64,000 nucleotides of DNA from positions 67,105 through 131,104 of the forward strand of contig CAWJEX010000011.1 in NCBI GenBank assembly GCA_963841995.1. Direction: 5' to 3'. Below the pieces are notes generated by a model that had not been told where the DNA came from, ran no database searches, and was given only the letters and a program-made list of their open reading frames with translations. This document shows, piece after piece, positions 55,854 to 64,000 of this stretch. Positions within the stretch are counted from its first letter, which is position 1; each line of letters begins with the position of its first letter. Position numbers and translations under genes: made by a program. This stretch comes from an uncultured Alphaproteobacteria bacterium (lineage in GTDB: Bacteria > Pseudomonadota > Alphaproteobacteria > DATDPM01).

Positions 55854-57122
55854 TTACAGTCTTATCCTGGCGAAAGCAATTTGAGGAGAATCAGCCTTTT
55901 CGTCCAAGGCCGTGGAGTCATCACGGTTAAGACGCAACAGCAGCCGTATCATCAGAATCATCAGAAAGAGCGAAAGCGCGGGCTGTCCGAAATAAGGATA
56001 GGGGGTAGTAACGATTGGCATGCTCCAGATGGAAAACATGAGGAGATCATCGATCAGGTTGCTGTCGTCGCGCGCGCTTAATTTTGCGAACATCCAGCCG
56101 AACGCGACCATGTCGTAGACGAATGCGTAAGGCGTGAAAAGATAGGTGGCGACAAGAAAAACCGCGCAAGACAGAAGCGGATCGCGCCTGCGCCAGAAGG
56201 TCCAGATCACAACTGCCAATGCCGCCAGCGAAATGGGCGCCTGCACCATCCAGGCGACGCCAGGCGAGAAACCAAACGCCCGCATGTTCATGAAAACCGT
56301 CGGCATTCCCCGCACCGACCAGCCTTGAATACCACGCAAAATGTAATTTTGCACTGGCACGGCGACATTCAGATAATCCGCCCAGATGTGGACGCCGTAG
56401 ATGACCGCGGTGAGTGCTGCAAGCAGGATTGCCGTTGCCGAAGCCGTGGCAAAGCAGCGCCAATTGCCGCGCAGAATAAGCACTACCGGCAACAGCAATC
56501 CCAGCTGTGGCTTCAGCGTCAGCAGGCCGAACAGCACGCCAGACAAAACGGGGCGCTTTTCCAGCTGCGTGAATCCGCCGATGATCAGCGCCGCGCTGAA
56601 AAAACCGTTCTGGCCGCAAAAATAACTGAGCGTGCCGGCGGGCCAGGTGGCGATGAGAGCCAGACGATTGAAAGGCTGCTCGACTTGCGTGGCGGTGAAA
56701 AAATATGCCGCGTAACCCGCCACGCTCCACAGAATCCAAGCGGGCAAATAAGGCAGCAAGCCCAGGATCCAGGTAAAAAGCAGGATATGCGGAGGATACG
56801 ACCAGTTGTAGAGTGGAGTGTGAGCGGAAAGCGCGAGGGCCTGGCGCAACGCGTCGTTATAGACAATCCGGTCGAACCATGCCGCCGGATCGTGGCCCAG
56901 CGCCGCGCGGCCCGACATCCAGGTGTTCATGAAATCGCGGCCGACGGGAATTCCGGACGGATCTAAAGGCGGGTGCGAGCCCCCGAAATATGAATAGCTA
57001 TAAATGATGAAATAAGCCGCGCCGCCAATGGCCAAAGGCCCGTAAAGCGCTTCAGAAAATTGCGCTTCGACGCCGAGCGTAACGGGCTGGCGGAGTTTGA
57101 TTTTGCTTCTTTTGAGGGTCAT
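55854..57122 (-). CDS. GT87/DUF2029-like multi-TM glycosyltransferase (GT-C fold)
   Basis: GRDF.N.W, WSYPP, GQNG, LTLKPQLG, TPY.F.YD; about 10 hydrophobic segments. Confidence 0.85.
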   Translation of the reverse strand: MTLKRSKIKLRQPVTLGVEAQFSEALYGPLAIGGAAYFIIYSYSYFGGSHPPLDPSGIPVGRDFMNTWMSGRAALGHDPAAWFDRIVYNDALRQALALSAHTPLYNWSYPPHILLFTWILGLLPYLPAWILWSVAGYAAYFFTATQVEQPFNRLALIATWPAGTLSYFCGQNGFFSAALIIGGFTQLEKRPVLSGVLFGLLTLKPQLGLLLPVVLILRGNWRCFATASATAILLAALTAVIYGVHIWADYLNVAVPVQNYILRGIQGWSVRGMPTVFMNMRAFGFSPGVAWMVQAPISLAALAVVIWTFWRRRDPLLSCAVFLVATYLFTPYAFVYDMVAFGWMFAKLSARDDSNLIDDLLMFSIWSMPIVTTPYPYFGQPALSLFLMILMIRLLLRLNRDDSTALDEKADSPQIAFARIRL

Positions 57123-57274
57123 TATAAAATCGCGAGACGCGCAAACCGCGGGATCGGGGAACGGAATGCAGAGCCCCGGTTACTATCCTCGAATGTTACC
57201 CTCTACATTGTCCGCCCGTTTCTATAACATGGGAGGTCAGGGAATGGAGTCGTGAAGATGAAAATCTTCAACTG

Positions 57275-57487
57275 GTGGTGGGAAGGCGGTTTTCTCGCTT
57301 CGCCAATTTTGCGCGAGAGGACAAGGGCCTTGTCACTGTCGAGTGGGTTGCATTGGCGGCCGCGATGGTCATCGGCGCGGTCACCATTGCCTGGATAGCC
57401 CTCACCAGTGTGGAGACTCAATCGAACACGGTCGGTTCGACGATTGGAAGCGTTGCCAACACGACGACCACTCAGCCACCTCCGTAA
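57275..57487 (+). CDS. Flp-type pilin 1 (start uncertain; an RBS-preceded ATG at 57258 is out of frame)
   Basis: EDKG|LVTVEWVALAAAMVIGAVTI; tail NTTTTQPPP. Confidence 0.82.
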   Translation: MVGRRFSRFANFAREDKGLVTVEWVALAAAMVIGAVTIAWIALTSVETQSNTVGSTIGSVANTTTTQPPP

Positions 57488-57855
57488 TGAAAACGTTGCA
57501 GTTGGGTTGCCATAAGGTGGCCTATTTGCCACGCAGCGAGGCAATTCACCATACTTCTTTGGTAAAAACTGACACTGCTACGCGCCCGACTGGAACTAAC
57601 CCGCTTAACTTATTGGTATTTTTGGCCAATTCTAGCTGGTTACTCTTTCGCGAAATCTGTTCCTTAAAAACTGAGGGATTGTGTATATAATCCACTTAAA
57701 TCTTTGCATGCCGCGGTGTGCATTAGACATACTCGGCGCAGGGGTTTTGGTGGGGACAGCGGGGCAAGCCGTCTCTGCATTCATCGTCATGTTTCGTGCC
57801 CAGAGCAGTGGACTGGTTGCGCACGTGTGCGCGAATTTTTCGGAAAGGGAAGTCA

Positions 57856-58062
57856 ATGAAAACGCGTAGAGGATTTATAAGCCGCCTCGCCAGGAGCGAA
57901 GACGGACTGGTTACGGTGGAATGGGTGGCGTTGGCCGCAGCTATGGTAGTCGGGGCGATAACAATCGGTTGGCTGGTGATGACTAACTTGAAAGCCCCCG
58001 CTAACCAAATTGGCACTGGAATCAATGCAGCGGCAAGTCAACCACTTCCAACTCCTCCGTAA
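57856..58062 (+). CDS. Flp-type pilin 2
   Basis: MKTRRGFISRLARSEDG|LVTVEWVALAAAMVVGA; tail SQPLPTPP; GGGGA RBS. Confidence 0.87.
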   Translation: MKTRRGFISRLARSEDGLVTVEWVALAAAMVVGAITIGWLVMTNLKAPANQIGTGINAAASQPLPTPP

Positions 58063-58123
58063 TTGCACTCGGCCTGCGGCACATGGATCGTGCATCTATG
58101 TGCTGTTTCGCTTGCTTGGATCG

Positions 58124-58149
58124 TGGCGGCGGTTATCTGACCGCCGCCA
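58124..58149 (+). terminator. Stem-loop between pilin 2 and cpaB (terminator or mRNA stabiliser)
   Basis: Perfect 10-bp stem tggcggcggt-tatctg-accgccgcca; second hairpin at 58079-58103. Confidence 0.6.
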
Positions 58150-58210
58150 AATCACTTGCAGAAGCCGCTGTTGAGCAACAGCGTTTTTGTCGTTTCTTGA
58201 AGGATGGCTA

Positions 58211-59023
58211 ATGCAGCGCTCGGTTATCAGCCTCATTGTTGGAGTGGTGCTGGCTGGCATAGCGCTCATCCTGCTGAGCGTTTACTTGAGCTCGGCCAGG
58301 CCCGATGCTGAAGCCGACCAGGACAAAACCGGCACTGTGGTGGTGGCAGTTAGCGATTTCGCCGCCGGCACGCCGATACACCGCGAATATCTTAAGGCCG
58401 TGCCCTGGCCGCGGACATCGGTTCCGCAAACCTCGTTTGCCAGCATTGACGATGTCTTTCTTGGCGCCAAGACCGAAGCCGACCGCATCGCGCTGAAACA
58501 GATCGGCGCCGGCGAGCCGGTCCTGAAAACCGACATTTCCGGCTTCGGCTCGCGCGGGACGTTGTCGCGCCAGGTTTCGCCCGGCATGCGTGCCTTCGCC
58601 ATCCCGGTGAACGATGTCAGCGGCGTGGCGGGCTTCGTGCTGCCCGGCGATCACGTTGACATCATGCTGACGCGCACCACCGGCAACGACAACGAAAATC
58701 GCGTGACCGACGTCATCCTGCAGAACATCACCGTGCTGGGCGTCGACCAAGTAAGCGACCAGACCCGCGAGCGCCCCGAAGTCGCGCGCACGGCGACCGT
58801 GGAAGTGACGCCAGAGCAGGCGCAGAAGCTCGCGCTGGCCCAGCAGGTCGGCACGCTGAGCCTTTCGCTGCGCAACGCGGAGACGGTTGGACAGGTGCCT
58901 TCCGCGCGCATCGCCACCAGTGATCTTTCGACAAGCGGTCCTCAAGCGCCAGGCCAGGCCGGGCCCACGGTGCGCATTCATTACGGCCTGAACAGCACTG
59001 TTGAGAAAGCCGTACCGCAATAA
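58211..59023 (+). CDS. cpaB: Flp pilus assembly protein CpaB/RcpC
   Basis: VVVA SAF domain, PGMRAFAIPVNDVSGVAGFVLPGDHVD, ILQNITVLG, TVEVTPEQAQKL. Confidence 0.95.
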   Translation: MQRSVISLIVGVVLAGIALILLSVYLSSARPDAEADQDKTGTVVVAVSDFAAGTPIHREYLKAVPWPRTSVPQTSFASIDDVFLGAKTEADRIALKQIGAGEPVLKTDISGFGSRGTLSRQVSPGMRAFAIPVNDVSGVAGFVLPGDHVDIMLTRTTGNDNENRVTDVILQNITVLGVDQVSDQTRERPEVARTATVEVTPEQAQKLALAQQVGTLSLSLRNAETVGQVPSARIATSDLSTSGPQAPGQAGPTVRIHYGLNSTVEKAVPQ

Positions 59024-59080
59024 CCGCCGAAACGGGGTTTGCGCCCGCCCCTGGCGCTGGCCCCATCAAGCGGTGAGACA

Positions 59081-60526
59081 GTGGAGAGTATATTGGGTAT
59101 TCGAAAGCAATTCGTTGCTTCGGTTTTGGGGGCCCTGTTCGTTTTCGCCGCCTTTGCCCTGGCACCAGCGCGCGCCGCCGAAGGGGATGCGCCCGCTGCC
59201 ACGCGCACGCATCACCATCATATGCGCCCAGCGTATACCGGCATGATCGAGATTGATGGGGCACGCAAGGCGGTTCAGATAGTCGTCGCGGTGGGCAAGT
59301 CGCAGCTCATCCATGTCGAACGGCCGTTCAAGGATATCACCGTCGGCAGCAAGGATGTCGCCGACGTCGAGCCGCTGTCGGACAATATGCTCTATGTGCT
59401 GGGCAAAGCGCGCGGCACCACCAATGTCAGCCTCACCGACGCCTACCACAAAGTCATCGCCATCGTGGATGTCGAGGTCACTTACGATCTCGACGGCTTG
59501 CGCGAGCGGATTGCCGAAGTGGCGCCGGGCGACCCCGTCACCATCCGCCCAGCCGGTGACTCGATCCTGCTGAGCGGCACGGTCTCCAGCGCCGATCATC
59601 TGCGCGCGATTGCAGAACTTGCCGGGCATTTTGCGCCCGGCCCGACTGGTGTGACCAACATGCTGAGTATCAGCGGCAGCCAGCAGGTGCTGTTGCAAGT
59701 ACGCTTCGCCGAAGTGCAGCGCTCGGCCTTAAAGGAACTTGGGGTCAACACGAATTACTCACTGACCAGCGGCAAAGATCTGATCACTTCGACCACTGGT
59801 CAGGGTATCTCAGACACACCGTTCGGCGCCGCGGTGGCAAGCCTGATCAGCGGCAATTACACCTTCAGTGCAACAGTTGACGCACTGGAACAGAAAGGCA
59901 TTCTCCGTACGCTGGCCGAGCCCAACATCAGTGCACTTTCGGGCGCCAGCGCCAGTTTTCTTGCAGGCGGCGAAGTGCCCATCCCGGTGCCGCAATCGAT
60001 CTCAACCGGTGGCAGCGGCCTGACCACAATTCAGTATAAGGATTTCGGCGTTGGGTTGTCGTTTACCCCTACTGTAATCGCTCAGGACACCGTCAATCTC
60101 GAGATCAAGAGCGAAGTAAGCTCTATTGACCCAACCGTTTCGATCACTACGAATGGAATAACGGTGCCAGGCTTCAAGGTCCGCCGCAGCAACACGACGA
60201 TCGAGCTCAAGGACGGCCAAAGCTTCGCCATCGCCGGCTTAATCCAGGACGATTTCCAGGACGGCATCAACCAGCTGCCGGGCCTCGGCAATTTGCCCAT
60301 CATCGGTGCGCTGATGCGCTCTACCAGCTATAAACACAACCAGACAGAGCTGGTCGTGTTCATCACCGTGCATCTCGTGCAGCCGGTGGTGGCAAAGGCC
60401 TTGATGTCGCCTACCGATGAAGTGCAGTTACCATCTCCGATGGCGCTGTTTGGCCTGGGGCAACTTAACGGCAACCCCGCGCCTGGCGGCGGTATCGATG
60501 GAACCTATGGGTATATCTTGCCATGA
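59081..60526 (+). CDS. cpaC: Tad secretin CpaC/RcpA (start uncertain)
   Basis: QQVLLQVRFAEV, LAEPNI.ALSG..ASFLAGGEVP, ELKDGQSFAIAGL, LPGLGNLPIIGAL. Confidence 0.95.
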   Translation: MESILGIRKQFVASVLGALFVFAAFALAPARAAEGDAPAATRTHHHHMRPAYTGMIEIDGARKAVQIVVAVGKSQLIHVERPFKDITVGSKDVADVEPLSDNMLYVLGKARGTTNVSLTDAYHKVIAIVDVEVTYDLDGLRERIAEVAPGDPVTIRPAGDSILLSGTVSSADHLRAIAELAGHFAPGPTGVTNMLSISGSQQVLLQVRFAEVQRSALKELGVNTNYSLTSGKDLITSTTGQGISDTPFGAAVASLISGNYTFSATVDALEQKGILRTLAEPNISALSGASASFLAGGEVPIPVPQSISTGGSGLTTIQYKDFGVGLSFTPTVIAQDTVNLEIKSEVSSIDPTVSITTNGITVPGFKVRRSNTTIELKDGQSFAIAGLIQDDFQDGINQLPGLGNLPIIGALMRSTSYKHNQTELVVFITVHLVQPVVAKALMSPTDEVQLPSPMALFGLGQLNGNPAPGGGIDGTYGYILP

Positions 60527-60810
60527 CCAAAACCATACTCTTGTGTGTGCTACCCTGCCTTTTGCTGATGCAGGCCTGTGCGGCTGAGGCAGACAGGGAC
60601 CCGCATTTCGGTGATGCGGTGCGTAACAACATTACCGTGCAACTCGCCAATCCCAACGCGCCCAGTGGTCAGCCGATGACGACCAATGGTGAAAATGCGG
60701 CGGAAGCGCAGAAGCGATATGCTACAGATAAGGTGAAGACGCCTCCGGATGTTAATACAAAGGAAAACTCTGGCTCAAACTCGGGTGGTAGTTCTGGTAC
60801 TACCCCATAA
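60523..60810 (+). CDS. Small Tad-associated lipoprotein (pilotin-like)
   Basis: LLMQAC lipobox; FGDAVRNNI..Q..NP motif; overlaps the secretin stop. Confidence 0.75.
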   Translation: MTKTILLCVLPCLLLMQACAAEADRDPHFGDAVRNNITVQLANPNAPSGQPMTTNGENAAEAQKRYATDKVKTPPDVNTKENSGSNSGGSSGTTP

Positions 60811-60867
60811 TCGGGTGCCCCTATTTCGTGCGAGTTGGCGCCGGGTCTTGCCAAGTGGAAGCAGATA

Positions 60868-62173
60868 ATGGCGAAGAAACGGAACCAAAAAATCGAACCG
60901 ACGAATGAGTCTTCTGCTCAATCGCCTTTGGCCTCTATGGCGGCCGAGCTTGCCGCCAGCAAGCCCACGACCGAAACCCATGAACTGAAAATCCTAGCAC
61001 TGCTGCGCTCGGAGCCAGCGCGTGCCGAAGTGCTCTACGCACTGAAGCCGCTGGCCGAAGTCGCAGTCCAAATCATCGGGCGCAATGCGGATGTGGCCAA
61101 TTTCGTCATGCCTGATGGCTCCACGCCGACCGCTGTGCTCTTCGACGCCGATGTTTCCAATCCGGAGGACCTCGAGCAAATCCGCGAGTTAAAGAAAGCG
61201 GCGCCTATTGGCTCTTCAGTGGTGGCGCTTACCGATCGTGCCACCGATCTGGCCGCGCTGCGTGCCATACGCGCGGGCGCTGACGACGTGCTCTTAAAGC
61301 CCATCGAGACCGGCGAAGCGCGCGAGGTTCTTGGCCGTGTTCGCCACCTCAATACTGACGACCATGGCCAGACCGCAAGTGCCAGGACGCTCGTTTTCAT
61401 ACATGTGGCGGGTGGCGCAGGGGCAACGACACTGGCTGTAAACGCCGCCTTCGCGCTGACAAATGCGGCTCATAAACCACGCACCTGTCTGCTCGATCTC
61501 GACATACAGTTTGGCACCTGTGCAAGCTTACTCGATCTACCAACGACCTCGCCTATTGAGAATCTTTTCGAAGATCCCGAACGGCTCGACCGCGAGATGC
61601 TCGACAGCATGATGTTGCGGCATGCAAGCGGTCTCCGCATCCTGACCGCACCGAAAACGCCGTTACCTTTCGAATCCTTCGATGCGCGGTCTGGTCGGCG
61701 ATATCCTGCGCCTCGCGAAGCGCAGCTATCAATATATTATTGTCGATATGCCGGTAGCGCTTGCGCCATGGACCGAGACCGCGCTGCGCTCGGCTTCGAC
61801 CCTTTACCTTGTCAGCGAATTAAGCGTGCCAGCGGTGCATCGTATCAACCGCCTATTCGATCTGTTTCGTGACGAAGACCTGACACAAGTGCCGCTCAAG
61901 ATCGTGCTCAACAAGCAGCCTACTTCCATAACACAAGGGAGCGAGCTCACGGTTTCGCAATTCGCCAAGGCCGTTGGCCGCCAGGTTGATTACATCATCC
62001 CTGACGACCACGCGCTGATCTCAAGCTCGCACAATCACGGCCGCCCAGCCTTACAACTGAAACCGACCAGCCTGTTTGCCACACGCCTTGAGGAGATGCT
62101 CAACAAGGATCTGGGCGGCGATGTATTCGAGATCGCGCCGCGCGGATGGCGGCTGTCATTCCGGAGAGCGTGA
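60868..62173 (+). CDS. cpaE: CpaE/TadZ (receiver plus MinD-like ATPase), frameshift near 61690
   Basis: AIRAGADDVL, GGAGATTLAVN, LLDLDIQFG; second frame YQYIIVDMP. Confidence 0.9.
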
Positions 62174-62180
62174 GTAAGTT

Positions 62181-63554
62181 ATGTTCCAGAAAACCACGCG
62201 CGGCGGCGTCAAGTCCGGCAAGACCCTGCCTCCCGATGTAGGCCAGATTTTCACCTCGACGGTCGAAACCGATGAGCGGGTGGCCAGTACGGTCGCACGC
62301 AAAACCGAACTCAAGGTCTTCCTGCACGAGAAATTGTTGGGGATGCTCAACCTCAGCGTACTCGACACCATGTCGCGCGATGAGCTTGGCAAGGAGCTAG
62401 TGCCGATCATCAAGGAACTGCTGATCGCGCGCGGTATCGTGCTCAACACACCGGAATACGCGCAGCTAGTCAATGAAGTATTGGACGAGGTGCTGGGCCT
62501 GGGACCTCTAGAGCCGTTTCTTAAGGACCCAACCGTCTCCGATATTCTAGTCAACACCTTCAAGCAGATTTTTGTGGAGCGCCACGGACGCCTTGAGCAC
62601 ACCACCGCGCGCTTCAAGGATGAGAAGCATTTCTTACGCGTGATTCAGAAGATCGTGAGTGGCGTGGGCCGGCGTGTGGATGAATCCCAACCCTGGGTCG
62701 ATGCGCGCCTACCCGACGGCAGCCGCGTGAACGCGCTTGTCCCCCCTTGCGCCGTCGACGGCCCACTACTGTCGATTCGTAAATTTTCCAAGATGCCCTT
62801 CACCATCGATCGTCTGATCGATGCAGGGTCAATCGACGCACGCATGTCAGTGCTGTTCGAGGTCATCGTCAAGGCGCGACTTAACGTGTTGATTTCCGGC
62901 GGCACCGGCACCGGCAAGACCACGCTCTTGAACGCGCTTTCCAGCTACATCAGCAACCGGGAACGCATCATCACCATCGAGGACACCGCCGAACTTCAAT
63001 TGCAGCAGTTCCATGTCGCACGCATGGAAACGCGCCAAGCCAATCTCGAAAATCAGGGCGAAGTGAGCCAGCGCGACCTGCTACGCAACGCGTTGCGCAT
63101 GCGGCCCGACCGGATCATTCTGGGCGAGGTACGCGGCGCCGAAGTTCTCGATATGTTACAGGCCATGAACACCGGCCACGACGGCTCGATGACCACGGTC
63201 CACGCCAACACGCCGCGCGACGCGCTAACCCGGCTAGAGCACATGGTCGGCATGACGGGAATTGAGATTCCGCTAAAGGCGCTGCGTGGCCAGATCGCCT
63301 CGGCGCTCAATGTCATCATCCAGGTGCAGCGGCTGAGTGACGGCCGTCGCCGTGTCGTCAGCATCCAGGAATTGGTCGGCATGGAGGGCGATGTGGTCAC
63401 TATGCAGGAATTGATCCGCTTTGAACGCACTGGAGTAGACACAGATAGTAATGTGCTCGGCAGCCATCGACCGACCGGCATCCGGCCGAAATTCATGCGC
63501 CGCTGCGAAGAATATGGCCTTACCATTCCCGCCGATCTGTTCCGAGCCGAATAG
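62181..63554 (+). CDS. cpaF: Tad secretion ATPase CpaF/TadA
   Basis: [57 protein letters not shown]. Confidence 0.97.
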   Translation: MFQKTTRGGVKSGKTLPPDVGQIFTSTVETDERVASTVARKTELKVFLHEKLLGMLNLSVLDTMSRDELGKELVPIIKELLIARGIVLNTPEYAQLVNEVLDEVLGLGPLEPFLKDPTVSDILVNTFKQIFVERHGRLEHTTARFKDEKHFLRVIQKIVSGVGRRVDESQPWVDARLPDGSRVNALVPPCAVDGPLLSIRKFSKMPFTIDRLIDAGSIDARMSVLFEVIVKARLNVLISGGTGTGKTTLLNALSSYISNRERIITIEDTAELQLQQFHVARMETRQANLENQGEVSQRDLLRNALRMRPDRIILGEVRGAEVLDMLQAMNTGHDGSMTTVHANTPRDALTRLEHMVGMTGIEIPLKALRGQIASALNVIIQVQRLSDGRRRVVSIQELVGMEGDVVTMQELIRFERTGVDTDSNVLGSHRPTGIRPKFMRRCEEYGLTIPADLFRAE

Positions 63555-63565
63555 GGGACGAGGCC

Positions 63566-64000
63566 ATGTCCACAATAGTCAACGTGGCCATTTACGGTGT
63601 CGTCATCCTTTGCGTCATTTTTCTCGCCGATGCGATCGTCGGCTTTTTTAGGGTGGCTCGCGGCCTCGATGAGGACGTGATTACCCGGCGCCTTGCGCAG
63701 GCGCCGCGCGAAGTTCAAACTCCAGAAGGTGATACACTTCCGCTCCTACGCCCCGCCATTATCGCAGCCACCGGGTGGATGCGCTATGTGCCGTTTCTGA
63801 GTGCTCTGGAAATTCTCGTTACGCAATCGGGAACGGGCATTTCGGTCAAACGGCTGCTGTCTGCGATTGCCATTTCGGCGGCCGTAACCTTTGTCGTTTT
63901 CGCCGTTATCCTGCCTGGCACGCTGTTGCTCGTGGCCATCGGCATGGCTTTGCTCGCGGCCTTCGCTCCCATTCTCTACCTCATGCGCGCGCGAAGCACG
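63566..64000 (+). CDS. tadB: TadB-like type II secretion F-family protein (runs off the window)
   Basis: Open frame from ATG 63566 ([19 protein letters not shown]..) with TM segments, directly after cpaF. Confidence 0.75.
   Translation, partial: MSTIVNVAIYGVVILCVIFLADAIVGFFRVARGLDEDVITRRLAQAPREVQTPEGDTLPLLRPAIIAATGWMRYVPFLSALEILVTQSGTGISVKRLLSAIAISAAVTFVVFAVILPGTLLLVAIGMALLAAFAPILYLMRARST

Noticed and set aside
57123-57855. CtrA or ECF sites upstream of the pilins
   Set aside because: Only isolated TTAA half-sites; GGAAC at 57158 lacks a correctly spaced CGTT

Overview
GC-rich alphaproteobacterial DNA that reads as two blocks. Block 1 (1 to ~39,700) is core genome with a Rhodospirillales-like gene order: infB-rbfA-truB-rpsO-pnp; a nitronate-monooxygenase-family flavoprotein; irr with a perfect ICE box ahead of rubrerythrin-FeS oxidoreductase-DUF3501; ubiE-ubiB-coaBC-dut-rrf2-cysK-moeB-dsrE; mutM; rpsT; rhodanese-dnaA-dnaN-recF-gyrB; PBP1A; and a cytochrome bd operon (with cydP, an unannotated cydX, a lipoprotein and SCO) nested between cobalamin genes. 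It ends in an ankyrin gene that breaks off after its first repeat. Block 2 (~39,750 to 64,000) looks somewhat less GC-rich by eye. It holds an orphan beta-barrel-like protein, TauE, an FMN reductase, a PRC-barrel gene with back-to-back EcfG-type promoters, tRNA-Ile2 followed by DUF969-DUF979-DUF2891, SIMPL, pepF, SPFH, an MFS transporter, an M28 peptidase and a Tad/Flp pilus locus. The best candidate for an undescribed system is in the Tad locus: a GT87-like (GT-C) membrane glycosyltransferase lies directly upstream of tadE-tadG and diverges from two Flp pilins with Ser/Thr/Pro-rich tails, suggesting dedicated pilus glycosylation. At least seven genes carry frameshifts, most likely long-read consensus errors. 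No CRISPR array, rRNA, integrase or transposase was seen. Family calls come from motif recognition only; no database searches were run.
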